Assembly: GCF_000012805.1 (NCBI RefSeq)
Contig: NC_007484.1
Coordinates: 270,001-302,000 of the forward strand
Length of the DNA stretch: 32,000 nt
DNA from: Nitrosococcus oceani ATCC 19707
GTDB lineage: Bacteria; Pseudomonadota; Gammaproteobacteria; Nitrosococcales; Nitrosococcaceae
Direction: 5' to 3'
Shown here: piece by piece, positions 9,066 to 17,669 of the stretch
Numbering within the stretch: position 1 is the stretch's first letter
How the letters are laid out: each line of letters starts with the position of its first letter
The notes under the pieces: model-generated
The model's database searches: none
The model's input: the letters and a program-made list of their open reading frames with translations, nothing else
Told to the model about the DNA's origin: nothing
Translations under genes and position numbers: made by a program

Positions 9066-10163
9066 ATGGAGCTTAGTCGTTTTATGATTACAGTACAAGT
9101 CGATCTTCAAGAGCGTAGCTATCCTATCTATATTGGCAGCGGCCTACTAAAACAAAATTCCCTTTTAGCAAAACATATCGTGGGATCTGAAGTCATGGTA
9201 GTCACTAATGAGACGGTGGCTCCATTATATTTAGATACTCTCTTGAAGGGCCTCAAAGATTATCGATGTGCCGAAATCATTTTACCTGACGGCGAGCAGC
9301 ATAAGACTTTGGCAGTGCTGCAGCAAATCTTTGATGATCTGCTTAAAGTGCCCTTCTCCCGGCATTGCACGGTGATTGCATTAGGTGGGGGAGTAATCGG
9401 TGATATGGCAGGCTTTGCCGCTGCCTGTTACCAACGGGGAGTCGCTTATATTCAGGTTCCCACCACCTTGTTAGCGCAGGTAGATTCCTCTGTTGGGGGA
9501 AAAACAGCGGTGAATCATCCTCTAGGCAAGAATATGATCGGGGCCTTTTACCAGCCTCGCTGCGTTTTAGCGGATACAGATACTCTCGATACTCTTGATG
9601 AGCGGCAGCTGCGGGCGGGATTAGCTGAAGTCATAAAATACGGCCTTATCAGAGATATCGACTTCTTTACCTGGCTAGAGGAGCATGCCAGCGAAGTATT
9701 GGCGCGAGAGCCTTCAGCATTGATCCATGCCATTGAACGATCTTGTCGTAATAAAGCCGAGATAGTCGCCGCCGATGAACGGGAATCAGGGGTGCGGGCG
9801 ATTCTCAATCTAGGCCATACTTTTGGCCATGCCATTGAAACAGGGCTGGGCTATGGTGCCTGGCTACATGGCGAGGCCGTTGCGGCGGGGATGGCAATGG
9901 CGGCGGATTTATCGCAGCGGTTGGGATGGCTGTCGGCCACGGAAGTAGGCCGGGTGCTCAATTTACTGGAGCGGGCGGGCCTTCCCCGGCATTCTCCCGA
10001 AGCCATCCATAAGGCTCGTTTCCTGGAGTTGATGGCAGTAGATAAAAAAGTCATTGATGGATGTTTACGCCTAGTCTTACTAAGGCAGCTGGGACAAGCT
10101 GTCGTCACCGATGGTTTTGATTCTGATTTGCTCGAAGCCACAATAGACAAGGCCACCGTTTGA
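9066..10163 (+). CDS. aroB: 3-dehydroquinate synthase
   Basis: 365 aa with [12 protein letters not shown], the [14 protein letters not shown] nucleotide-binding loop, and metal-binding GHTFGHAIE / [10 protein letters not shown]. An alternative start is ATG 9084 (MITVQVDL...). Confidence 0.93.
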   Translation: MELSRFMITVQVDLQERSYPIYIGSGLLKQNSLLAKHIVGSEVMVVTNETVAPLYLDTLLKGLKDYRCAEIILPDGEQHKTLAVLQQIFDDLLKVPFSRHCTVIALGGGVIGDMAGFAAACYQRGVAYIQVPTTLLAQVDSSVGGKTAVNHPLGKNMIGAFYQPRCVLADTDTLDTLDERQLRAGLAEVIKYGLIRDIDFFTWLEEHASEVLAREPSALIHAIERSCRNKAEIVAADERESGVRAILNLGHTFGHAIETGLGYGAWLHGEAVAAGMAMAADLSQRLGWLSATEVGRVLNLLERAGLPRHSPEAIHKARFLELMAVDKKVIDGCLRLVLLRQLGQAVVTDGFDSDLLEATIDKATV

Positions 10164-10285
10164 CTAAAATTCGCTTGGCCTTCCTATAACAACGGATTCT
10201 TTTGAGTTTTTTGAGATAGTCTATAAGTCCGTCTTGCGCTTAGCTACGGTTTTTTTTGCGATCACCAGGGTGCTAGGTGAAGCTA

Positions 10286-10894
10286 TTAATCCGGAGAGAT
10301 TCGGGTTCCCATATTGACGATACCCTTCAGAGCGATTTGCGGGTAATTATCGGCGGTAATGCAATAACAGGGAATGGTAATAGAGTGAAGAAAACGGGGG
10401 AAAGCGGCATCAACGATTCCCCGGGTGACAAGGGAATGGACGCTAATAACCGGTTCGGATAGCCGCACTTTTTTGATCAATACTAGACGGCTGGCTTTTA
10501 GCTTGCTGCTAAGCCAGGCAGCTAGACTGTCAGAGGTAACCTCCCAATTCTTGGGGATCTCAGGTTGATCCAATAATTCGGTTGCAGGTAACCAAATGGG
10601 AATTTGCTGCTGGCTTACTACTTCTTTAATTTCTTTGGGGCTAGCAGCGAGACGAAGCGTAGGTTCCAGGCCCTGCAGTAAATAACCAAACTGTTCCATA
10701 GCAAGTAAGGCCATGGTATGGGCACAGGCATCGGATATCCCCCAGCACTTTTGAGCATGACGTACTTGGTTAGCGAAGGGTCCGCCACCTGGTACGATAA
10801 TGGCTTTTCCTGCCTCCAAGGTGGCGAGTTGATGAAGCCACCTAGGTAGGCAGCGGCTTTCATAGAGGCTGCCACCAATTTTAATCACCTGCAT
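10286..10894 (-). CDS. short amino-acid-kinase-fold protein, MfnE-like (furan-methyl phosphate kinase type) of C1-cofactor clusters
   Basis: 202 aa with MQVIKIGGSLYE, IIVPGGGPFAN and VTSDSLAAWLSSKL, which are Asp/Glu/UMP-kinase-fold signatures in a short ~200-aa form. Its ATG (10894) directly abuts the pabB stop (TAAATG). Confidence 0.65.
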   Translation of the reverse strand: MQVIKIGGSLYESRCLPRWLHQLATLEAGKAIIVPGGGPFANQVRHAQKCWGISDACAHTMALLAMEQFGYLLQGLEPTLRLAASPKEIKEVVSQQQIPIWLPATELLDQPEIPKNWEVTSDSLAAWLSSKLKASRLVLIKKVRLSEPVISVHSLVTRGIVDAAFPRFLHSITIPCYCITADNYPQIALKGIVNMGTRISPD

Positions 10895-12310
10895 TTATGG
10901 GACTCTATTAGATACTGGAGCAGTATATTCGCTCAAAGCCTGTAAAATAGCTGCCGCTTTATCTAGGGTTTCCTGGTATTCAACTTCCTCCACCGAGTCG
11001 GCGACGATTCCCCCGCCTGCCCAGAAGCGCAAATAGCTTTGGCTGTAAACCAGGGTGCGGATAGCAATATTAGTATCCATATTGCCATCAAAACCAATGT
11101 AGCCCAAGCTGCCGCAATAGACTCCACGGCGATGGGGTTCTAATTCCTCGATAATTTCCATGGCGCGTACTTTGGGAGCACCGGTAACAGACCCTCCAGG
11201 AAAGCAAGCCTGGAGTAGATCAATAGAATCTCGTCCGGGGGTAAGCCGGCCGCGTATGGTGCTCACTAGATGGTGGACGGTAGCAAAGGACTCGATGGCA
11301 CAGAGTCTGGGAACATGGATTGCGCCTGGGAGGCATACCCGGCCTAGATCGTTGCGCAGAAGATCAACGATCATCACATTTTCCGCCCGATCTTTAGGGC
11401 TGTTTTGAAGCTCCAGGGCAAGCTTCCGATCCGCTATCGGATCGGGATTTCGGGGCCGGGTGCCCTTGATAGGATGACTTTCCACTCCGCCTGCGTTGGT
11501 GCGTAAGAATCGTTCTGGCGAGGTGCTTAGCACGGCCCCTTCGGGGATAGCGAAGTAGGCGCTGAAGGGAGCGGCATTGAGCAAGCGTAAGCGACGATAG
11601 AGCGCCCAGGGATCGCCTTGGGCAAGGGCTTCAAAACGTTGTGCCAAGTTGACCTGATAGCAATCTCCCTCACGAATATAATGTTGGATACTTGTAAACG
11701 CCTGTTGATAGTCTTTCTGTTTCAGATTGGACTCGATTGGTTCCCATAAGCGAAAAGTCGTTTGCGATGGTGCTGAGTCATGACACTGGCTAAGATGGGA
11801 TTGTAGGGCTTCCCATCGTTCCCAAGTACGATAATCATAGCCCTGCCCTACTAACAGGCTGCGCTGCTGGCGGTGGTCAACGACAATGACCCAATCATAA
11901 AGTCCAATCGCCATCTCCGGCATGCCTTCCATATCAAGTGCAAGGGTAGGTAATTGCTCTATACGCCGTCCTAGATCATAGCCAAAATAACCCATGGCGC
12001 CACCGGTTAAAGGGAGTTCGGGAAAAATAGAGGAGGGATTGCGGGTGTAGCGGCGAAGTTCGGACTGCAACAGGATAAAGGGGTTTTCAAGGCTTGAAAA
12101 AGCCTCATGGCGTTTGCGGATGGTGGTCTCAGATCCCCAGCAGCTGAAAGTCATGAAGGGATCTGCCGCAAGGATGTCGAACCGCCCCGATTGATTGACA
12201 GGCCAGCCACTATCCAAAAATATGGCCCAGGGTTCCTGTCGGATTGCCTCGAAAAGGGGAGCCGAATCTTCGGAATAGGGCAGTTCCGCGTAGCGGGGTG
12301 AATATTTCAT
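10895..12310 (-). CDS. pabB: aminodeoxychorismate synthase component I (chorismate-binding enzyme, PabB type)
   Basis: 471 aa chorismate-utilising fold. HPIKGTRPR carries the Lys of the PIKGT motif (PabB type) rather than PIAGT (TrpE type). The C-terminal GGGIVADS is also present. Confidence 0.78.
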   Translation of the reverse strand: MKYSPRYAELPYSEDSAPLFEAIRQEPWAIFLDSGWPVNQSGRFDILAADPFMTFSCWGSETTIRKRHEAFSSLENPFILLQSELRRYTRNPSSIFPELPLTGGAMGYFGYDLGRRIEQLPTLALDMEGMPEMAIGLYDWVIVVDHRQQRSLLVGQGYDYRTWERWEALQSHLSQCHDSAPSQTTFRLWEPIESNLKQKDYQQAFTSIQHYIREGDCYQVNLAQRFEALAQGDPWALYRRLRLLNAAPFSAYFAIPEGAVLSTSPERFLRTNAGGVESHPIKGTRPRNPDPIADRKLALELQNSPKDRAENVMIVDLLRNDLGRVCLPGAIHVPRLCAIESFATVHHLVSTIRGRLTPGRDSIDLLQACFPGGSVTGAPKVRAMEIIEELEPHRRGVYCGSLGYIGFDGNMDTNIAIRTLVYSQSYLRFWAGGGIVADSVEEVEYQETLDKAAAILQALSEYTAPVSNRVP

Positions 12311-12316
12311 TTTAAG

Positions 12317-13378
12317 CTAGTGGATTTTATCTCGCAGTTGCTCCCAGGCAAGCCGGGCAAGGGCAGCAGCTGGGGCGTGGTCAGCACTTATGGGAATGGG
12401 CGGGTGAATATCTAAGGCTTCGGAAAAATCGGCATAGGGCCGGCGAAGCCGCCGGGCACATTCAGCAACGAGGAAACGCCCTATCCCTGCGCCGATTAGG
12501 GGAGCTTTTGGGGAGATATCTACTCGCGAAAGTACCTGAAAAACCGCGTCAGTAAGCTGCTGGCATTGTTGCTCGGCAAAATAGGCTGCCAGCCCTTGCC
12601 AGGCTGGGAGTGGCCAATGTTTGCTATCCGTTCCCACCATTCGAGCCAGGCGTCGGGCACAATCTCGTGGTTGTTTGCCCCGGTTATCAGCGCTTGGATG
12701 AAGATCGTCACTTGGGGAGAGCCGGCCCAATAGATGGTAAACATCAGCCGTGGTTGCAAACCATTCCGCTGCTAGCCGTATCCACTGTCCCTCTAGGGGA
12801 GCCCGTCGTGCCAAGGCTATGAGGGGGGTGCGGGTTACCCCACTATAAAGTAACTCACCGCTTGCGAGGCGCTCCTGATCATTTTTGCCTCGGGGGCATG
12901 GAATGCTATCCTTGCAGGGAATAAGGTCACTCGTAGTGCTGCCAATGTCTAGGAACAGACCCTCCTTCCAGTGACGTGCGGCTAGCTGGCTAGTGGCGAG
13001 ATAGTTAGCGGAGGCGATAGCCTCAGTATATTTTGCTGCCTGTTCCAGGGAAATAAACCCCTGGGTTCCGGCGAACACATATACCGGTATATTCTGAAAG
13101 TGCTGGGAAGCGTACTCCAGTATCTTTATGACCCCCTCATCCCGGTCGTTAAACAAATCGGCCAGTTCTCCCGTCATGGTAATTGCGGCTAAACAATCCT
13201 TGTTTTTAAGTTCAAGCTGCATCTGACTAAAAGCTTGTTGTAACTTTTCCAGGCCCTGCCATAAGGGGCAGGGTAATTGGATGCAGGCTGCAATTCGGCC
13301 TTGGGAATCAGTCAGCGCGGCCTTGAGATGGGCGCCGCCGATGTCCCAGCCGCTAATGGCGAGTGGCCTGGATAGCAT
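12317..13378 (-). CDS. hydantoinase-A/oxoprolinase-like protein of the H4MPT-linked C1 pathway type (MfnF-like)
   Basis: The track ORF starts at TTG 13396. ATG 13378 is preceded by GGAGGAAGGAG. The N-terminal ISGWDIGGAHLKAAL is an ASKHA/hydantoinase-type phosphate-1 motif. It overlaps the upstream gene by 26 nt and ends 6 nt before pabB. Confidence 0.65.
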   Translation of the reverse strand: MLSRPLAISGWDIGGAHLKAALTDSQGRIAACIQLPCPLWQGLEKLQQAFSQMQLELKNKDCLAAITMTGELADLFNDRDEGVIKILEYASQHFQNIPVYVFAGTQGFISLEQAAKYTEAIASANYLATSQLAARHWKEGLFLDIGSTTSDLIPCKDSIPCPRGKNDQERLASGELLYSGVTRTPLIALARRAPLEGQWIRLAAEWFATTADVYHLLGRLSPSDDLHPSADNRGKQPRDCARRLARMVGTDSKHWPLPAWQGLAAYFAEQQCQQLTDAVFQVLSRVDISPKAPLIGAGIGRFLVAECARRLRRPYADFSEALDIHPPIPISADHAPAAALARLAWEQLRDKIH

Positions 13379-14393
13379 CTCCTTCCTCCGTTGCAACGGT
13401 CACCTTTTGACAGGGGCGAGGCGGTAACTCCACGGCTTTCATCCCTTTATTAAGTAGAGTAAGCAGCCAGGTACCCGGATTTATTCCGTAAACTTCCCGC
13501 AGCCCTATGTAGCTCGTTGTTAAGCGGGGATTGATTTCTATGATTACCGGTTGTGGACTCAAGACTAGATCCACTCCAACGAAACCCCATAAACCAGGGA
13601 GGGCCGTGGCAATTATATCGGCAATTTCCTGGAAGGAGGGAGGATAAAATTCCTGAGAGTTTACCCCATTTACCGTAATACTGGTAAGCTGGATTGTTCC
13701 TTCGGTAATCCGGAGCCCTTGGCGATTCCCGCATAATAACCGGGCTTCACCATCAGCACAAAGCAGACAAAGGCTGCTAGCCGTTCCCCAAATATAGGGT
13801 TGAACGATTTGTTTTCCCCAAATTTCCGGAGCTCTCTGCTGTTTCCAGGCAGATAATGCGGCTGTATTCTCAAAATATAAAAGGTTGCTACATCCCGCGC
13901 CATCATCTGGCTTGCAGATCAAGGCGCTCTCCGTGAAAGTATCAGGTTGCCAGTCCTTGAGCCAGACTGTGGGTGCAGTAACGAGTCCTGCCGCTGCTAA
14001 ATGCCTGGCTGTCCGGGTTTTGCTTGTTACAATAGCGGTAGCCTCGGGGCGGCAGCCGAGTAAACGTTTGCCCGCCTTGAGCACCCAGGACTGGATCTCA
14101 GCCAATAAGTTATCGCTCTCGGGGGCAATGGGTAAGACCCCATCGACATAGTCTAAGGAAATGAGCCAGCAACGGCGAAAATCATTCAAGTTGCGAATAT
14201 AATGGCAGCGGTGAATGTAAGGGGGCGTATCTAGGCGAAAATCTCGGAGAATCACGGACTGTACGCCTTGCGTTCTTGCTAAATCATAAAGTAATGCTTG
14301 CAGTATGGCATCGCCTTCCCTGGCCAAGTGGCTGGGTAAGGATTCTGTACAGAACGCGCCGCTGGTAATATGTTCGTAGACGAGGATTTTCAT
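13353..14393 (-). CDS. ATP-grasp ligase, MfnD-like (tyramine-glutamate ligase type)
   Basis: 346 aa with MKILVYEHITSGAF..., REGDAILQALLYDL, PIAPESDNLL, ICKPDDGAGC, IVQPYIWG and GFVGVDLVL...VIIEINPRLTTSY. This is the ATP-grasp layout with the C-terminal EINPR signature. Confidence 0.62.
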   Translation of the reverse strand: MKILVYEHITSGAFCTESLPSHLAREGDAILQALLYDLARTQGVQSVILRDFRLDTPPYIHRCHYIRNLNDFRRCWLISLDYVDGVLPIAPESDNLLAEIQSWVLKAGKRLLGCRPEATAIVTSKTRTARHLAAAGLVTAPTVWLKDWQPDTFTESALICKPDDGAGCSNLLYFENTAALSAWKQQRAPEIWGKQIVQPYIWGTASSLCLLCADGEARLLCGNRQGLRITEGTIQLTSITVNGVNSQEFYPPSFQEIADIIATALPGLWGFVGVDLVLSPQPVIIEINPRLTTSYIGLREVYGINPGTWLLTLLNKGMKAVELPPRPCQKVTVATEEGDAIQATRH

Positions 14394-14442
14394 TGTTCAG
14401 TGCCATTTTGAGTGGATATTTATTGTAAGAAGGATTTATAAA

Positions 14443-15150
14443 ATGCAGCTCCTTCCGGTGCTTGATTTATGGGGTGGGGTAGTCGTTCATGCTAGGGGCG
14501 GGCAACGGGATAGTTACTTGCCTTTAAATTCCCCCTTTGCTCCTAATTCTTCGCCTTTACAGGTAGTGGCCGGATTGCTGCAATGGTGCCGCTTCCAACA
14601 ATTATATATTGCTGATTTAAACGCTATTATGGGGGATGGCAATAATCATTTCATGATAGCCGCTATTGCGCGAAGTTATCCTGATTTAGAATTATGGGTA
14701 GATGGGGGAACCGCCCGCCATGAAGCGGTCGCCCAGTTATTTGCGCTCGGGGTTGCACGGCCCGTGGTAGGAACGGAAACCCTACCTGATTTAGAATCCT
14801 GGCAAGCGCTGCAAAGCTCGTGGCCGGAACAGCTAGCACTCTCTATGGACCACCGGAGGGGAGCATTTCTTGGCCCCGCGGGATTGGATCGGCAACCAGA
14901 ATTGTGGCCGGGGACCGTCATTGCCATGAGTCTGGATCAAATAGGGAGCCAGCAAGGACCGGATTGGTCCCTATTGGAACGGTTAGGGCAAAGATCTCTC
15001 CGCAAGAGGATATCTTTGTTGGCAGCAGGGGGAGTCCGTTGTTTGGAGGATTTAAAGCAGCTCGCAGCATGGGGGGTCGAAGGGGTATTGTTGGCGAGCG
15101 CCTTGCATGATGGTAGCCTAAATCCTGCGGAATTGCAGCAGATGTTATAA
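14443..15150 (+). CDS. HisA/HisF-family (beta/alpha)8-barrel protein, paralogue associated with C1-cofactor clusters
   Basis: 235 aa. The N-terminal LLPVLDLWGGVVVHARGG and C-terminal AAGGVRCLEDLKQLAAWGVEGVLLASALHDG match the two phosphate-binding half-barrel motifs of HisA/HisF. There is no histidine-operon context. Confidence 0.72.
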   Translation: MQLLPVLDLWGGVVVHARGGQRDSYLPLNSPFAPNSSPLQVVAGLLQWCRFQQLYIADLNAIMGDGNNHFMIAAIARSYPDLELWVDGGTARHEAVAQLFALGVARPVVGTETLPDLESWQALQSSWPEQLALSMDHRRGAFLGPAGLDRQPELWPGTVIAMSLDQIGSQQGPDWSLLERLGQRSLRKRISLLAAGGVRCLEDLKQLAAWGVEGVLLASALHDGSLNPAELQQML

Positions 15151-15185
15151 AAATCCTCCTCTCCTCTAATAGGGACAAGTTACCG

Positions 15186-16109
15186 CTAAATTTTCTGCGA
15201 GCTACCGCTGTGTGCAAAATAGGAGGAGTGTAGTCGCTCCAATAGGTTTTTTGCTAGCGCGCCAGCAATATTAACTTCCGTGGTTTGTTGCAGGGCTTTC
15301 CAGGAAGGGATGCTATTGACCTCGAGCACTTGAAACCCTTGTGCTGGTGTTTGGATGATGTCCACGCCGCCATAGTCAACCGCGACAGCTTGGGTTGCTT
15401 GACAGGCTAAGGCGCCTATTTCTCTCTCTAAAGGGGCAGGAAAATATTGAGCGCCCCGCGCTACGTTGGTGATCCAGCCTTGGCCACGGCGAACCATTGC
15501 CGCAATAGGACGGTGACCGATTACAAAGACCCGCCAGTCCTGCCAAATATTAGGCTGAGCCGGCCGTATGAATTCTTGTAGATAGTAAAGACCTCCCGTA
15601 GGTTCGCAAGCCTCTAGATCAGCAGGCTTGCCTATGCGGATAATGCCTTGCCCTTGACAGCCAAATAACGGTTTAAGAACAAGCTCGCGCTTTTCCCGCT
15701 GCGCCTGGGCGCTGAGATGGCGGGCTTGCGCTAAATCTTCGCACGCCCAGGCCCGTGGCGTAGGAACTCTTCTGTGGCGCAGGAGCAGCGAAGTCCGCGC
15801 TTTGTCCACCGTGCGTTCAATGGCGGAGGCGGTATTCAATACGGGAATCCCAAATTCAGCCAAAGTGTGCAAGACATCTAACCGCAAGGTGATTTGTTCG
15901 AAGCTCCCAGCGGCAATACCACGGACTATTGCCGCATCCGGTAGGTCGCCCCCAAGGCCAGGGATGTGAAGTCCAGAGGGCGAATCCAGATCAATTCGGC
16001 ATTGAGCCAAATTCGAACGAATAATAGCAACCCCCTGGGGCGCTAGGGCTGCTTCTAGCTGTTTGCTATGCCAACCGTGGCTATTGTTAAAGATGACAAT
16101 CCGGAGCAT
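15186..16109 (-). CDS. RimK-type ATP-grasp glutamate ligase (MptN-like)
   Basis: The track ORF starts at TTG 16166. ATG 16109 gives MLRIVIFNNSHGWHSKQLEAAL, a typical RimK-family N-terminus. VLKPLFGCQGQGI, YLQEFI and GVDIIQ...VLEVNSIPSWKAL match the RimK ATP-grasp layout. The start is uncertain because no clear SD is present. Confidence 0.72.
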   Translation of the reverse strand: MLRIVIFNNSHGWHSKQLEAALAPQGVAIIRSNLAQCRIDLDSPSGLHIPGLGGDLPDAAIVRGIAAGSFEQITLRLDVLHTLAEFGIPVLNTASAIERTVDKARTSLLLRHRRVPTPRAWACEDLAQARHLSAQAQREKRELVLKPLFGCQGQGIIRIGKPADLEACEPTGGLYYLQEFIRPAQPNIWQDWRVFVIGHRPIAAMVRRGQGWITNVARGAQYFPAPLEREIGALACQATQAVAVDYGGVDIIQTPAQGFQVLEVNSIPSWKALQQTTEVNIAGALAKNLLERLHSSYFAHSGSSQKI

Positions 16110-16193
16110 GGGGAGATAGGCTGGTCTTATCACCTGCAAGCTTCCGCCGGTTTTTTTTGAAGTCAACCATTAACATGCCGGAATACAAAAGCA

Positions 16194-17405
16194 TTAGAAC
16201 GATGAGGTCAACCATTCCAGCACTTGATTTTGACGCCGTCGAATCAACTGCTGACAGGTTTCGGTGCTGGTTGCCATGGCATGGATGGAGCAAAGGGGTT
16301 CTTCCCGCTTAATTAGGGTATTTTCAGCCGGGAGATCAGTGCAAAAAGCTGGCCAGACTATATTAGGGGGTATTCGCCACGGATGAGGAGAATAGAGGAT
16401 GGAAAAGGCCCGTGCAACAGCTATGGGGGCTATCTGTATGGGAAGAGAGCTACCTAGGCAAGCTTTGACATGGGCGTCAAAGGGGCTAAAACGATCTTGA
16501 TACAGATCCAGGGAAGCAGGGGGGCGAGGGTTAATTTCTAGAACCTGAATCCCCTGCGATCCATGGATAAAATCCAGACCGTTAAGACCACGCAGACCTG
16601 TGGCTGTCACAATTGCTTGTAGATAGTTTCGTAAAAGGGCGCCAGCAGATGGAGTCAAATTCAGGGGAGCAGCAATTCCGCCATAGCGGTAAGGCATGGC
16701 AGGAGTAGGGGCAAGCCATAGATAATGATAGCCGAGGATTTGTACTTCCTTGCCATTAGCAAGAAATAATACTGATCCCGGCTGTCCTTCCAGTTTACGT
16801 TGATAATAGTAAGGGACAGGGGCAGCGGTAGTCCACCCTTGGCGCACCCAAAGCTGTTGCCGACGGATGTTGGGTATTGTAGCCGGGAATATATGATGAC
16901 CACCCGCGCCGCCAATAGCCTTGCATAGCCATCCTAGAGGATTATCGGGGAGTTGAAGCTGGACTTCTGGTGCTGGAATCGTAAGCTTCCCAAGCAATGG
17001 AAAAAAACGGCGGGGATCTTTGAGTAAGCGGACACAGTGAGGCGTATTCCCTAGCAATATTCCCCTACGGCTCAATTCTTCCATGATGTCAGGACGGTTT
17101 TCAAATCCGCTGCCGAAGATTAGGCCTACTGGATATTTTTCCGCCTCAATAAACCGCACTATCTTTTGGCGCCAATGTCCCACATTAGCACCAGAAAAAA
17201 TCCGTATCCAGGCAAGCGCGGCTTGGCGGGTTTCTCTATCCCCGTAGTTATCGGCAACTACTACCCGATATCCGCTTGCAGCTGCGGATTGAGCAAGCGC
17301 TCGCCCGCTATTGGCTAGAATGAGGATAGGGTGGAGCTGGTTCCACCCCCCTTGATTACAGCGAATTCCGAGCTTACTAGAAGGCGCTCGTTGGAGTTTC
17401 GCCAT
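16194..17405 (-). CDS. ATP-grasp / carboligase-like protein (COG2232 type) of H4MPT-linked clusters
   Basis: The track ORF starts at TTG 17417 and the first ATG is 17405 (MAKLQRAP...). ILILANSGRALAQSAAASGY (pre-ATP-grasp Rossmann-like), LCKAIGGAGGHHI and LNGLDFIHG...VLEINPRPPASLDLY are ATP-grasp signatures. Confidence 0.62.
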   Translation of the reverse strand: MAKLQRAPSSKLGIRCNQGGWNQLHPILILANSGRALAQSAAASGYRVVVADNYGDRETRQAALAWIRIFSGANVGHWRQKIVRFIEAEKYPVGLIFGSGFENRPDIMEELSRRGILLGNTPHCVRLLKDPRRFFPLLGKLTIPAPEVQLQLPDNPLGWLCKAIGGAGGHHIFPATIPNIRRQQLWVRQGWTTAAPVPYYYQRKLEGQPGSVLFLANGKEVQILGYHYLWLAPTPAMPYRYGGIAAPLNLTPSAGALLRNYLQAIVTATGLRGLNGLDFIHGSQGIQVLEINPRPPASLDLYQDRFSPFDAHVKACLGSSLPIQIAPIAVARAFSILYSPHPWRIPPNIVWPAFCTDLPAENTLIKREEPLCSIHAMATSTETCQQLIRRRQNQVLEWLTSSF

Positions 17406-17669
17406 GACTGATAGCAATTCTGTTCCTACAAAATTTCATCCGTCTGACAAATTCGCCATTCCTCGCAGCCTTCGGCGAAGGGATGACCTTGGCCTCCGTT
17501 GGTTGGCTGCTCTCGCGCTTTCACTTCGCCTGTCTGCGTGCGGGCACGCACAAGCAGGCATGCTCGCTGGGGGGAAGAATACATCCCTGTATTCCTCCAA
17601 AGTTTGAATATCCTGTTATTATCGGGGCGGTTAGAACCCCTATGAAAGAGACTCCAGGATAGGGGAAAT

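Noticed and set aside
9548-15217. Assorted nested or antisense ORFs of 60-100 aa (for example 9548-9835, 9851-10156, 10618-10878, 11160-11408, 12520-12822, 13450-14151, 14676-15217)
   Set aside because: All lie inside longer ORFs that have clear family motifs. They are Arg/Ser/Pro-rich, as is typical of off-frame translation.
16151-16158. Homopolymer tracts (T8 at 16151-16158, 20347-20354 and 26814-26821) as phase-variation switches
   Set aside because: Eight nucleotides is short for slipped-strand switching. Two of the tracts simply encode Lys-Lys in essential-type genes (pntA, tkt). The third lies in a probable leader.
17480-17525. AGCAGCCAA on the minus strand, reminiscent of SRP (4.5S) RNA domain IV
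   Set aside because: The surrounding GGAA tetraloop, the symmetric and asymmetric loops and the long closing helix of 4.5S RNA are all absent. The match is only 9 nt.
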